The notes beneath the pieces are model-generated. The model saw only the letters and a program-made list of their open reading frames with translations, had not been told where the DNA came from and ran no database searches. A stretch of DNA of 63,117 nt, filler included, from Rhabdomonas costata (lineage: Eukaryota), in NCBI GenBank assembly GCA_019059605.1. It is 30 parts of 30 records of this genome, joined end to end, with 100 filler letters (N's around TTAATTAATTAA, not from the genome) between each part and the next. Parts side by side here need not be neighbours in the genome. Positions count along the whole stretch, not along the records: positions 23,189 to 25,195 come from JAHMHO010006490.1; positions 25,296 to 27,302 come from JAHMHO010006491.1; positions 27,403 to 29,408 come from JAHMHO010006492.1; positions 29,509 to 31,515 come from JAHMHO010006493.1; positions 31,616 to 33,614 come from JAHMHO010006494.1; positions 33,715 to 35,743 come from JAHMHO010006495.1; positions 35,844 to 37,849 come from JAHMHO010006496.1; 23 more parts are not named here. One strand, 5' to 3'. A program made the translations under genes and the position numbers. Shown in pieces: positions 24,946 to 37,786 of this stretch (the stretch's first letter is position 1; every line of letters begins with the position of its first letter).

Positions 24946-27900
24946 GCCTCTTCAGCCGGCCTCGGAACCTCACCAATCGTCGGGGCCTCATCGGAAATGG
25001 GGGGGTAGGACCACTTACTTCGCCCAAAACCTCGCCCTATTCGCTGGGTGACATCCGCCATGGTCACTCCCGGACCAGACCGGACCGGACCGGAGACCTA
25101 ACATTGACCTCAGAACTCAAGCTAGAGTGACAGGTTGGGGCTCATATTTGGTAGTGTGTTAGTACTCCTGAGATGAGTTGGTTGGCCGCTTCCCGNNNNN
25201 NNNNNNNNNNNNNNNNNNNNNNNNNNNNNNNNNNNNNNNTTAATTAATTAANNNNNNNNNNNNNNNNNNNNNNNNNNNNNNNNNNNNNNNNNNNNGGGTG
25301 TGGTTTCTTGTGTGTCCATATAAAGGGTTTCCCAACCCACGCTTTGCCAGCAAGACACACAAGAAGCCACACATCAATACGAGACGGCAGGAAGCAAGGG
25401 AAACCTTCTTGCAGGGCGAGCTCAGACTCCGCAGAGCTGGCATGTTGAGACAGCTGTGCTTCCCGACGGGCGAGCTCCTCCAGCAAACGGGCACGCTCCC
25501 GCTTAAAGTCAGCATACTGTGCACGCAAAAACTGCCGAACTTCACGAGCACGTCCCTCCTAACTACCTCAGCCCACTCTTTCCCCCATAAAGCTGAGCAA
25601 ACGTTCCAAGTCATAAGTATTTGGGGTCGCTGGCCTCGCCTCAGATGAAATAAAATCCATTTGAGGGGGGCCAATACCGGTGCATTTTTCCATGCCTTTT
25701 CAAAAATATCAAACAGTGGGGACTCCTCCCACCGAGCCCATTGAATTGCCGGTCACCGCCATGGTTTGGGAAAGAAATACACAGCGCACAGAACCTTCTG
25801 CCGGCCAGCCTCGATGAGCATCGAGCGTCTCTCCGGAGTGCACGAGACGCACTGATGCCGAGCATCTCCTGCAGTAACACCCCACCCCGCACCTTTCTCA
25901 CCCCCTGTCAACAAGTCCACCAAAAAATCCCGGCTGGGCACCATCTCTTGACCCGCGCACAACCTTCAGCGGCCGGCGCTGCCTGCAGCGTGCTCTTTCC
26001 ATCGGAGTAATAGCTCAAAAACTTGCAAACCAAACCTGTATGAAGTTTTCATGGAAGTGAAAAACAATGCGGGGGTAAATTAGTCCAAGCTCATTCCAGC
26101 AACCCATGCAGAAATGTAGTTATGAATTTCCAACGGAGAAAGGCAAGTGATAGGCGAGTTTCACAATCATAACCGCGGCAAAGTAAAGCGGAGGAGCAGA
26201 CCATTGCCTGTGCCCATCAGCTGGGTGTTAACAGGGGATGGCTGGAGTGGAGCTACTGGGGTGGGAGCCCCACTTCCCCTGGGCCCCTGGGTAGGTGGGG
26301 GGTGAAACCCCTGGGGCACCGAGGAATGACCCAAATATCCGTTCGGCATAGCTCCTGGGAAAATCAAGAGCCGGGGCGAATCCAAAAAATCGCACCAAAA
26401 CCAGACAGCGAGCACCCCAGTTGGCGAGAGAACGATGTGGTAATTGTGCAAAAGAAAAAAGCTTCCATCAAACGAAAACGCTCTCTGGGCCTCGGTGAGA
26501 GAAGCGCGAACAGCCACAGGCAAGAGGGGCAAAGTCGCAAAACGGAGATGGTCACCTGAGCTGCGAAGACCACTTGGATACAACATGTCCGCTGGCATGG
26601 CTTCCTGTGGGCCAAAACCAGCGAAAAAAAATGGAGGAGCCCACGCGGAACACGCGCGGTTCAAAGCAGCGACAGCAGGGGTCAACGCAGCGTGGCAAAG
26701 ACGAAGACAAAAACAAAAATCGGCAATTGATATTTACTTTTACACATGGCAATACAAAGGACAAAAAGGTTCAGATCGTGAGACCAATAATCACGCAACA
26801 AAAATGAGCTCCATGTTTCCCAAAGTAAAATACCATGCGTGTATCCCCACTGATAAACATAAGGGGGGGGGGGGAATCGAACGCCGGGTGAATTTACGAC
26901 GCCTCAAGCAAAAGGGCGAAAAGCAAAGGCTGACCTGAAATCAGGAAAACGAAATTAGCAGTTAAAGGCCTGCGGAAAGTACACAATGACGACTGAGAAC
27001 GCTCATCTTGGCCTCCTCACTGTCATTTCTCACTTACTCAAAGGCTTTGAAGACAACAGAAGACAACAGATAAAGGACCAAAACTGGTAAAGCTGAAAAC
27101 AAGACAAACGCAACGACGACGACAACAACAACAACAAACTGCTGCAACAGCAAAAATGGCAACTACTTATCCCTAACGGCACCACATCTTGTTCGCAGTT
27201 CCATTTCGGGACACCCGCCCGATAGAGTTCATTGACCTTTCCCACAAAAACATCCCATCAATTTAAGATCTTTCATCATGTGTCAAACCTGCCCCACACC
27301 ACNNNNNNNNNNNNNNNNNNNNNNNNNNNNNNNNNNNNNNNNNNNNTTAATTAATTAANNNNNNNNNNNNNNNNNNNNNNNNNNNNNNNNNNNNNNNNNN
27401 NNGTGGGGTGTGTCTTCTGATGTGTGCGCGCAGGAGCTCTGGGCCTTTCGATTTCCGCGAAGTCAGGAAAGCCCGGCACTCCCCAGCCTGTGTCCCCCAC
27501 CGGCACGGGCTCCCCCACCAAGGCCGCCAGCGCTGCTGGTGGGGGGCTTGGGGGGAATCTCGCCCTGCTAGGGGAGTCCGTGCAGTCCACCTCGCTCTCC
27601 GTGCCGGGCTCCCCGCAGAACGCCGGGACCGAGGAGGGCCCCACCTCCCCGCTCGCAAAGCCGGGCTCCTCCAGGGCAGGTGCTTGCGGTGTTTTCCCTT
27701 CTTTGTTCTCGTTTTCCGGCGCTGATGTGATTATGAAGTGGGGCTGAAGGGTCAGTGAAGGAGTCGGAGAAGAAGGGGCGCATATGTGTCTTTTGAGAAG
27801 GGCCATTGGTCTCTAGCGGCTAGAGGATTGGAAGGTTATCCTCATCCTCGACAGCGGCACACGAACTTCTTGGATTCAATGTGGCGTTGGAGAAGGGGGA

Positions 27901-30003
27901 GGGATGCTTGCTCGGGTCAGTTGGATGGGTCCGATGCATCCGGTTTTGGACCTGGATGATGTGAAAAGGCGGTCATAGTGAAGTGGGCTTTTTTAAAGTG
28001 GTGTGTGTGGTGTCCGTCATGATTCTACGCACCATGCTCAAAGACGGTGCTTGATCCCCGGCATGGGGCTGGAGGGCAGGGAGGAATGCGCGGCCCCCAT
28101 CAATCTTCACAGAAGGCCTCTGGGCATGGCATGGCTTGTTTCTGGCTGTAACGCAAAGGAACGCGAGTCAAAAAGTGACCTTCAAGTTCACCTGCAAGCA
28201 CCACTTCTTTGTCTAACTTCCTCTTCTTGTTTGGCTCATGTCTGGGAGAATTAATACCTGGGGGTATTAGCGTCATTATATGTGCCGCCCTTCCAGCTTC
28301 CATGCTCTCTGGTGACAGTTTAGAAAGTGTATTTGCCACTCTCGTCAAGTATAGGCCCACCTCTGTGCAGGCAAGCCCCCCGTTATAGGGGTGCTTTTGG
28401 GGCGCGCGTGAGAGGTCAGGTAACACTGAAACACTGACTTGTTGCGATTTTTTAGTGGCTTCAGGTGTTTGGTGGGATCAACCTTGTTTTGCAATTGCAG
28501 AAAAGTTATGCACAGGCATGGCAAATAAGGTGCTTTTCAAGATTGTGGTTGGATGCGAAGGGATCCAATCAGGGACAAAGAACGCGACACTTCAGTCTGC
28601 ACGCAGACCGGTGCGAAGTTTGCGAGGTTTTGGTTCGCCGTATCCATCTTGGAGATTAGTTTGGAGGCTACCGTCGACCTTGCACACACACACAGGTTCA
28701 AAGAGAAGGTCGATGGCATCCAAGGTGTGCCGACCTTTTTTGTCTGGGCATCTTGGGCAGTGGAATGCGGGGTTTTTTGGAACTTGTGCAGATTTTGGAG
28801 CGTTTTGACTTTGGCCAGTTTTTTTGCATAAAGGAATGGTATCTAGTCAGGTTGCCACAATTGAGACGGTTTTTGTATTTTTTTTCATGATTTATTCATG
28901 CCGGCTCCCCCTGTGTGTTTTTCCATTATCTTCCACATTAGAATTTTTAATTCACCAAATAATAATGCCCACAGCGATACGCACTGCGTGCTTTAACGGC
29001 ATAGACTAAAACGATCACCTAAAGATCATCTACTATGCACGCCAGCTTCCACGGCAGTGGACGATGTGGTGACCTCGTCTCCCGGAGGTGGTCATCCTTT
29101 TGTCCACCTTCCTCTCCCGCCCGCAAGCGTGAAGATACCGGCCGATGGGTACAATGACGCAGCGATTATGTGCAGCAAGGCCCTAAAAACCCGAAAAGCC
29201 GCAGGGACCACATGCAAGAAGCCGCAAAGCCCTGTATAAATTTGTGTTTAAAAACCTACCTCTCCCCGTTGCAACATTTACACGCACTCTTTCTCTCGGT
29301 CAATAGACCTCCTCAAGAACGGAGAAATCGACGGCCCGCGGCCCATCCCGTTCGGAGACCTCTCGGCAGGCCACCCCCTCGGAGGGCGCGGCGGCGAAAC
29401 CACCCAACNNNNNNNNNNNNNNNNNNNNNNNNNNNNNNNNNNNNNNNNNNNNTTAATTAATTAANNNNNNNNNNNNNNNNNNNNNNNNNNNNNNNNNNNN
29501 NNNNNNNNGGAACCCATGACCAAAGCCAAAATACATCGACAGTCGACAGATTTCAGCATCAAGTGTGCGAGAAAAAAAGAGAAGAGTGGTAAAGCAAAAG
29601 AGTTGTCAGGGGGTGCATTGAGCACCCAGAGAGCTGAGTTAAAGAAAGATAATTGAAGAAGCCTACAGTAGGCACACAAGCCATCACGAATACCAGGAAG
29701 AACACCTGAGACACCAATCAGACACAAACTGATGACAAATAATGTTTTCCCTTGCAGCAGAATCGATCCTCATACTCGAACTCTTGAGAATATGACTTTG
29801 TTTGATAATTTAGTGTCCACACTATAGTAATGCCGAAGCACCACATCGCCCGCTACCAAAGGCAAGCGCGGGATCCACAACGCCACGCAAGAAAGCGGAA
29901 CAAAATAAAGGAAAACCAGAATAAGCCATTTCACAGCAGCCATGCCCATTTGAGCATTCGACCATAAAAACGTCGAACAGAGAAGCACATTTCCGGATGG
30001 CCG

Positions 30004-31274
30004 TTAGAACCACCTGCTTACCGCCACAATCGCGCCAATGGCGAACTTGGCCAACATAACTCCCGCCTTAGAGCCCCTCATGGGATACACGGCGTACGTG
30101 TTCACGGCCTTCCGGAGCATCCCCAGAGCGAAGTTCGGCACGAACCTAACAACTCCCTGGCGGAAGTGCGAAAGTGAATCATCCCCTTCCCAGTCTCTTC
30201 ACTCAATAAGACACATATGCCGGGCCGAGGCCGCGGTATCCCGACGTCCCAGCACCAATGCGTTTTTGAACATAAATTTTCGGTTCCGTCCATAAAACCT
30301 GCGCTGCGCAGGAGAAAGGAGCGTCAAAAAAAGAAATGGCCGCCAAGGGGCACGGGTGAGTATCGAGCTGAAGATGAAAGTTCCGGCGTCACAGCGTTTC
30401 GGGAGGCTCACTGTTGGCCCACCACACAGACAAGACCCCGGACCAGCTTCGGTTTTGCACTCATTGTTTGCGCAATTCCATACCCTCCCCCCGAAAAAAC
30501 ACCAGCACGCCTTGTGAGTAACCAGAATGCCAGCCCGTGGGCCCAGGCTGATGAGCACCAGCAGGGGAGCGGGCTGGTAGGGCTCGGGCTGCTCCTTCTC
30601 TAGTGCCATCTTGGGCAAAATCTTAGAGAGGTAGAAGGCCTGCTGCTCCGCGGCGTATGCCATCTTCTCCTGTGTGGAGGGGCAGGCGCAGGCATAGCCA
30701 CGCGCACACAATCGAGCTGCATCCCTGTCTCTCTGTCACCCGCGTCCGTACGCGCAAATGCTCAGGCTGTGCAGCACTTGCAGTGGTGTTAACAGAACAA
30801 AATGCGTCCACTCGTCCCCAAAGGGCGAATCTTCATGTCACGTGCGAAAAACAAAAGTGCCCAAAAATTCAAAGTTACGAAAAAGTAGAGCACCAAAAAT
30901 CCTCGATTCCGCATTCGCGCAGCCTCTGTACACTGGACAATCTTCGCCGGCCCTGATTTCCGTCCTTTCATAAAACGAAATAAAACGAGGAGCCACGAGA
31001 GCACACACAAGGCTGAAGCACCCACCAGAACACAAAACATCATCGCCTGACACGTACAGACATTTTCATCTACAAACCTCGGGGCGGTCGTTGACGTCTC
31101 CCAGGGCGAAGATATTGGGGTAGTCCAGAAGCTGCAGGTGGGGCCCCACCCGCACGTGCCCCGAGGGCTTCAGCGCGCCCGGCAGGGTGACAAACCCACT
31201 GTTCGGCTTCACTCCAATCGTCCGTAGAAGGATCTCCGCCGGCAGCACGGTGCCCTTCTCCGTGCGGAAAGCCT
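30004..31274 (-). CDS. FAD-dependent pyridine nucleotide-disulphide oxidoreductase, AMID/AIFM2(FSP1)-like, C-terminal exons (31274-31078, 30669-~30510, ~30156-30004)
   Basis: TIGVKPNS, GHVRVGPHLQL..YPNIFALGDV (FAD-binding), EKMAYAAEQQA and YQP...LISLGP motifs. Confidence 0.82.
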
Positions 31275-32399
31275 CTGCAACCGACCCAACCCAAATCGAT
31301 GCTCCAAGCGAGCTCGGTACTGCCACTGTGCTTCAGAAAGGAATGCTGGATGCCAGCGTATTCCATCATCCAAATTGAATGCAAAGTTGAAACCTCAACA
31401 TGCCAGCTAAATACTCAGACGCCCCACATAGGGGAAAATAATGCCGGCAAACGTCCGGGCGGCAACGACCAAAGCCCTCCCTCCAAGCTCCAGGAAATGA
31501 AGAAACACACACAACNNNNNNNNNNNNNNNNNNNNNNNNNNNNNNNNNNNNNNNNNNNNTTAATTAATTAANNNNNNNNNNNNNNNNNNNNNNNNNNNNN
31601 NNNNNNNNNNNNNNNTGTGGGTGGATGGGGAGAGATGGAAGGGCAGAAGGGCGTCGAAATCTGCCGAGACGAAGCTGAGGAGAGATTGTTGCAGGTGAAT
31701 TTACAGCCAGGAAGTGAGGGGACCGCAGAACGGAAGAAGACTCGCGGGAGGGGAATCCGCCGGTAGGAGAGAGAATGCCGAGGAGGGGAGTGAAGAAGAC
31801 GGGAGAAGGGAAGGAAGCTCACTGAAGCCCGTGCTGTGGGCCCCCCGCGGAGAGAATTCCGCGGAGCGAGAGGGACGCGCCGTGGTGGCGCCAGGCCCGG
31901 CAACCCAGTGCTTTTCCCCGCATTTGTGGGAGGGATAAGGGGTGGCTTCCGGGTGTCCTACCGACCGCCGTTCTTCGAAACGTAGACAGCCGTTGAGAGT
32001 GCCGGAAGAGGCGGAGGCACGTGGAGTGGAGGGGGCAACGGACACCGCCTCTACAGAGTCAGCAATCCTGCCCAAAAGCTCGATTTAGGCGGACTGCAAA
32101 AGGTTGCCGTCGACATCGGGAGTGACGAGGGACAGCGAACTGCAGGACCTTCCTGGTCGGAGGGCGGAGGTGGGCAAGAAGAAGCTCCAGGGCGACCGAG
32201 GAGATGGTGTCGGGAAGAGTGAGAGGAACCTGCTGTGCGAGAGGTGAGGGCGGAGAACTTCGCATCAAGTCGTCGGTCGAGCTTGGAGGCAGAGAATTGC
32301 GTCTGAAGCTCGACGTGACACTGCTGGAGGGACTGCTGGGAAGCCTTGATCTGCTCCACAGCGAGGATGTGCTGCAAGACGGTGCAAGAGGCAGTGACA

Positions 32400-32600
32400 G
32401 TCCCTGTGGTTCCCTGGGACTCTGGGGTCAACGTGCTGGGCATTGCTGTGGGTTCTCGTGCATTTGTGGCAGGCGACTACTCTTCATTGGTTTCTAAACT
32501 CTCCGAAGCGCTGAGACGGCTTTCACTGCTCACGGATTCGTGTGTGGCATTTTTCATTTGCTCCGTAGCTGCCTGTGTCTGCCTGCCGTGTGACCCATCT
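32400..32600 (+). mobile_element. Fragment of a CRE/SLACS-like non-LTR retrotransposon reverse transcriptase (region after the YxDD motif)
   Basis: GVNVLGIAVGSRAFV...KLSEALRRLSLLTDSCVAF resembles the G(I/V)xxLGxPxGSxxF...L..L.D.q.A segment of CRE-clade RTs. The fragment is short. Confidence 0.55.
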
Positions 32601-33099
32601 TCAGTGACATCGACACAACAGTACACAAGAAGCACTAACATCAGGACACACAACACCGCTGACCCACTACAGAACCAAGAACCCACCAACCACCACCAGC
32701 CAACATGACCACCAACGCACCATACCACCACAACCATGAGACCATGAACCACCACACATCCTTACGCACCAACCACCATCGACCCTCAGACCCACAGACG
32801 CTAACACCATCAACCCTACCACACTCCTCGACACCCTCAGCCTCCAACATCACCACATCCAACCCTACGCTCCAACCCAACAGCCAACATCAACCCTTAA
32901 GCCTCAACCCTACGCACCAACCACCCTACGCTCCAACACCAACCACAGCATGACCCTCAACCCAACACCCAACACCCACTCCTACTCCTACAGCTACAGC
33001 ATATACCTATACCAATACCAATACCTTACCCTACTATACTATAAGAAGAACACACATACGCGCGAGGAACCCAACACAACAGTACACTACAAGCAGACA

Positions 33100-33214
33100 G
33101 ACACAGAGAGCATGGTTGTGAAGACAGAGAGCATGGTAGACAGAGAGCAAGGTTGACGAAGACAGAGAGCAAGGTTGACGAAGACAGAGAGCATGGTTGA
33201 GAGAGAGCATGGTT
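33100..33214 (+). repeat. Minisatellite, ~6 imperfect copies of ACAGAGAGCA(T/A)GGT (16-22-bp period)
   Basis: Directly visible. Confidence 0.85.
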
Positions 33215-33714
33215 AACAGAAGCCTACAAGTACAGCAAGTACAGCACACACCAACAGCCCACACTACCAGACACAAACACACCACTAGCGATACAAACAC
33301 ACCCTGACATCCTCACTCCAAGACCCACACACCAACGACCCTCTGACCGAGGTCTGACCGAGGACAGAGTCATCCGATGACCATCAACACCAACGACAGC
33401 ACGAACCCCAACACAACCACCATCCTGACACACCCTACGCAAACAGCCACAACGTGACATCAGCAACACCTACGCACAGACCAGGAACCAACAGAGACTC
33501 GGCATGGTTGAGACAGACACAGAAACAGACACAGAACCTGAAACCTCCTTCTCCAACAACAACAACACCCTACGACTGCGACTCAGAACCTTACACTTAC
33601 CCTTACACCAAACCNNNNNNNNNNNNNNNNNNNNNNNNNNNNNNNNNNNNNNNNNNNNTTAATTAATTAANNNNNNNNNNNNNNNNNNNNNNNNNNNNNN
33701 NNNNNNNNNNNNNN

Positions 33715-33772
33715 GTGTAGTGTAGTGTAGTGTAGTGTAGTGTAGTGTAGTGTAGTGTAGTGTAGTGTAGTG
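33715..33772 (+). repeat. (GTGTA)n pentanucleotide microsatellite at contig start
   Basis: About 11 perfect copies, truncated by the contig edge. Confidence 0.95.
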
Positions 33773-36574
33773 TGTGGTTTTGGCTGGGTTTGCGGTGGCG
33801 TTGATGTTGGAGTTGATGTCGGTGTATATATATGTGGTGCGAGGGTGTTGTTGTAAACCATGCAGAGTCTGTTTCAGCCAATTCTCTGTAGTGGGTCGTT
33901 TTGGCTAGTTTCGTGGGTAAGTTTGTGTAGTCCATGGGCGGTTAGTGTCGGCTGGGACGGTGGTGTGCTGGTGTGGTGGTGTCCTTGGTGTCTTGTTCAT
34001 GCTGACGGTGCTGTTGGTGGAGTTAGTGGAGTCGGAGTCGGAGGTGTTGGTTAGGTGTTCTGTGATGGCTACTGGCTATTACGTGGGGTTTTGTGGGTCG
34101 AATGTCTCTTAGTGTGCTTTGTGGGCTAGGATTTGATGTTGTTGTAAGGCGTAGGAAACGCTTCCAAATCCTTGGGGCTGTTGGCTGTGGCTTGTGGGAT
34201 TGACGTTCCTATGAGTTGACTTCTTAATCTCGCTTCCACTCTTTCTTAGATCTTAGTGGATCATGGTGTGGTTGTCGCTGCTGCGTGTACTCTCGTGTCT
34301 TCTTTTTCTCCTTTCTGTCCGGATTTGCACTCAGACGTTTGTATTCGTGTGTCATCCGTGGTAGAGTGGTAGTAAGAGGTGTGGTAACGGTGTACATTGT
34401 GACCGAGTGTGGTTCATGGTGTGTGATAACTACCATTGTTGAGTTGCTGCTTGTTTTGGCTCTGCTGGTTGAGTTACGAGTGCTGTGGACCCACGGCCAT
34501 GGTGTGAATGCTTGTGCTGTCAGCCTTTGTCGTGGTAGAACGGTATGTTGTCAGGTTGGTTGTGGTAGAACTGTCTGTGTTGTTACAGCTCGTTGTTTGT
34601 GGCTTGTGCTCAACATATCGTGCTTGCGGGATTCATGGTGGTTACGCAGGCGATGGTGACTGGGTGTGTTTGTGTAACGGTTGGGCATCCCATTCATTTA
34701 TATGATGTCCGTGGGATGGAGTTACAGTGTGGCTAGGTGTATCTGTGCATGCGATGTGCTCAACACCATGTCAATGCCTTTTATTTCCTCTCACATGCGT
34801 AATACATTCTGTTGTAGTTTGCATTGTGTAGTGTGCGTGTGCTAAATGGGTATCTGGTAGTAGGGTGTGTGGCATCATAGTGTATGGCTTGTTGGCATAT
34901 CCGCTCCAACAGGTTTACAACGTTAAAGTGGTGGTTTACGAAGATTGATTTTCCCGTGCGGTTGTGAAGTTGCTGGTGGCTGCATCTTTAGAGTATGTGA
35001 GTCTGGTTGCATCACTGATGTTGAGAAAGAACCGAACCCACTTTCCGGTGCATGTGTCTCTAGTTCTGGTGGCGCAGATTATGCTGACTTGGGACCGCAA
35101 AATAGCAGCCAAGTTCGCGCGGCAAGCTCGGCTCTTCTGGGATGATCAATCTGCATGCTGCGCTGCAGCTTGTTTTACTGTGCCTGCAGATTTGCTGAAT
35201 CATCTGTGATTGGAGATTAAAGAGGCACTGATGGGCCTGCCATTTGAGGAGACTGCGGTTTTCTTGAGAAGAAATCATTTTATAATATGGCGGTGCGATT
35301 TTCGAGGTTTGTTGGCTTTACTGAGGCTTGAAATCAGAAGACTGCTGAGGCTGTGTTGGAATATACGCTGCTGAATCTTGCAACATATGGAATCGGTTAA
35401 ACATGTGCTGAATCAACTTGAGCTGCTTGCTTCTAGTAGAGAGTTATTGGCTGTTGGAGTGGTGCTGGTGCTAGTATGGTTTGGTTTAACTGCAGTCCGG
35501 CGCGAATCGTGGCGTTTTGCCGCAAGCTATTACCTCTACTAAGAGATCTCGCTGAAATGCCACTTTGACGTTCCTTACTTATGTGACCACTCGCAGTACT
35601 CTCTTATAATGATGAATTCCCTCACGGCAGCAGTGAGTTGTAATGGACAATGAATTTGCAGAACACCCACTAGTGGATCTGATCGGAAGCATTGGTACTG
35701 GACTGTGAAGTAGAAGAGCTTCGCATATTTTTTCCAACAACACNNNNNNNNNNNNNNNNNNNNNNNNNNNNNNNNNNNNNNNNNNNNTTAATTAATTAAN
35801 NNNNNNNNNNNNNNNNNNNNNNNNNNNNNNNNNNNNNNNNNNNGCCAGCCTTAAGATGGGGTTGTTGTTGCTGCACAGAAGGCCTTCTCGCAGCAACCCT
35901 GAAAGTGACTTCTGACCAAATAACCATTGTTCTAATGCGCCAGTGAAGGCAGGAGAGTTGACCCGAAACCCAATTGGACGGAAGCCTTAAACGAACTCCA
36001 TCACTCGTGCAAACAATGTGAGAAGTGAGAGGGAGGTGGAAAATAACACGATATACTCCGAAGAGCAACCGCTTGGTGGTGCACGTACCGCCGGTGGAGA
36101 ACTAGGATGTGGAGGGCGTGGAGGAGGCCCAGAGGAGGGTAATGGGGCTGCGAGCGCTATTCCCGCCGGACGGATCTCCATCCGGCCATTACGGAACCTG
36201 GCGTCACACCTCCGCCGCACCTCAGCTACCGCCAGCCATGCCAGCTTGTCCAGGGAAGCCCCCGGGAAGCATACCTGCGGCACCGCAACCCACCCGCACC
36301 CACCACAGATGAATTGCAGAATTCATCCAAGCGCGAGCGAATCCAGAAGAAGGGCAGTGGAGCAGTGGTGGTGGGAATTTTGGGTGAAACCCAACCCTTG
36401 GTTATGCATCAATACAAATGTTGCCACGGTTCAAAAACTTAGAGACCTAAAAGGCCCAGGCGCTGAAAAAGGGACCGAAAGGCAGAAAGAGGGGAAGAGG
36501 GCAGAGGAGAAGCGGAGAAACGAGGGGACGGCACACCTCGAGGTGGGAGGTTAATTTGGAGAAGGGCCTCCACT

Positions 36575-37685
36575 CATCCGGGAGCCCCTCGCTCTGCCCC
36601 CACTGCGTCTCGCGCAGGAGCACCACATACCTCTTCACCGCCATGGCCACCCCATGCCACAACTCGAAGACCTGCAGCAGCCCCTCCCCGCTGAGAGGGT
36701 CCTGCTCTGCACCCAGGGCGGCATGTTCCGACGCAAGCACAGCCGAACGAGAAGTCGCGGCTACGGGGCCCTTCTTCTCCAAGACACTGCCGCTGTCCCT
36801 GTCCCAACCCCTGATCACCCAGCTACATCACCCACCAGCTGCGAAAAAAGCTGGGTGAGTGGAGGGGTGGAAAGACGCCATATGCGCTTGTTAAAGCTCA
36901 ACGTGCGGGCGCTGTGCACTGGCGCCCGCGCTTAGAGGTCCCGAAACGACGAAAGCCTAGTTACACCCCGAAACTGAGAAATTAGAGCGTTACATTTCCA
37001 ACATTTCCAAGTCTTTTTGCCCTGTATTTATGCCGCTGCTCCCCAAATGCGCAATGTGCCTTTTATCTCACGGATAATCCAATCTCTCAGCTTTCGATGT
37101 AGCCTGCTATGCGAAAGTGCGTTACGAAATGTTTTTTTTGCACGTTTTTCGGGGTGCACCATGAAAAGGTCCAGCTTAGTGCCAGCGTCAACCACTCGTT
37201 TAATCTGCATCATATCTGCTGGTTCTTGAGAGACAAAATTTCGGTCTACACGCTAAACGTATCATAGCCAAGAAATCTGGTCATTTTTGGGCCGATTTAT
37301 ATATGACAAAACTCGATTCAGTCACAAAACTCGGTTTACAGTGTTCATTTGCAAAGGATTCTTTTCGGTTGCAGACTGGTACCTGACCTCAAGAAAAGGG
37401 GTCACAATTGCATTGGGCCTCCCAAAACGCTTCCCAAAATCCCTTCTTCTTCCCCAACCACTCACCTCTTCGGAAGGATACCTGCGCAGATAGAACTCTG
37501 GCGGATGCCCCACGCCCCTGGCTTGGTCCCTTGCTCCCTGGGTGGCGGTGGTGCCCGTGGTAGACCAGTCGTGAGACAGCCGCTGGGGCAAAGGGGCACG
37601 CGCTGCTGATGGCGCCGCGCTGCGCGAAACCCTTCGCGGCGACAGGGGCGTGGGGACGGCAAAGACATCATCTCGGGGGTCCATC
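36575..37685 (-). CDS. N-terminal exons of an unidentified protein (MDPRDDVFAVPTP...)
   Basis: ATG near 37685, a GAG|GTGAGT donor, and downstream short exons with AG acceptors. No family recognised. Confidence 0.45.
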
Positions 37686-37706
37686 CTGAGCCCAGGCGAG
37701 ACCACA

Positions 37707-37786
37707 TCCAGACCCACAGCCACAGCCGCACACACGCCCTGTCCAAGTGCACAATGCGTGTGTGCGGCTGTGGCTGTGGGTCTGGA
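37707..37786. repeat. Perfect inverted repeat, 31-bp arms, 18-nt loop
   Basis: 37707-37737 is the reverse complement of 37756-37786. Confidence 0.95.

Noticed and set aside
33715-33772. (GTGTA)n and the GTAGGTA repeat at 46498 as telomeric repeats
   Set aside because: Neither matches TTAGGG-type repeats, each occurs on one contig only, and the second is internal.
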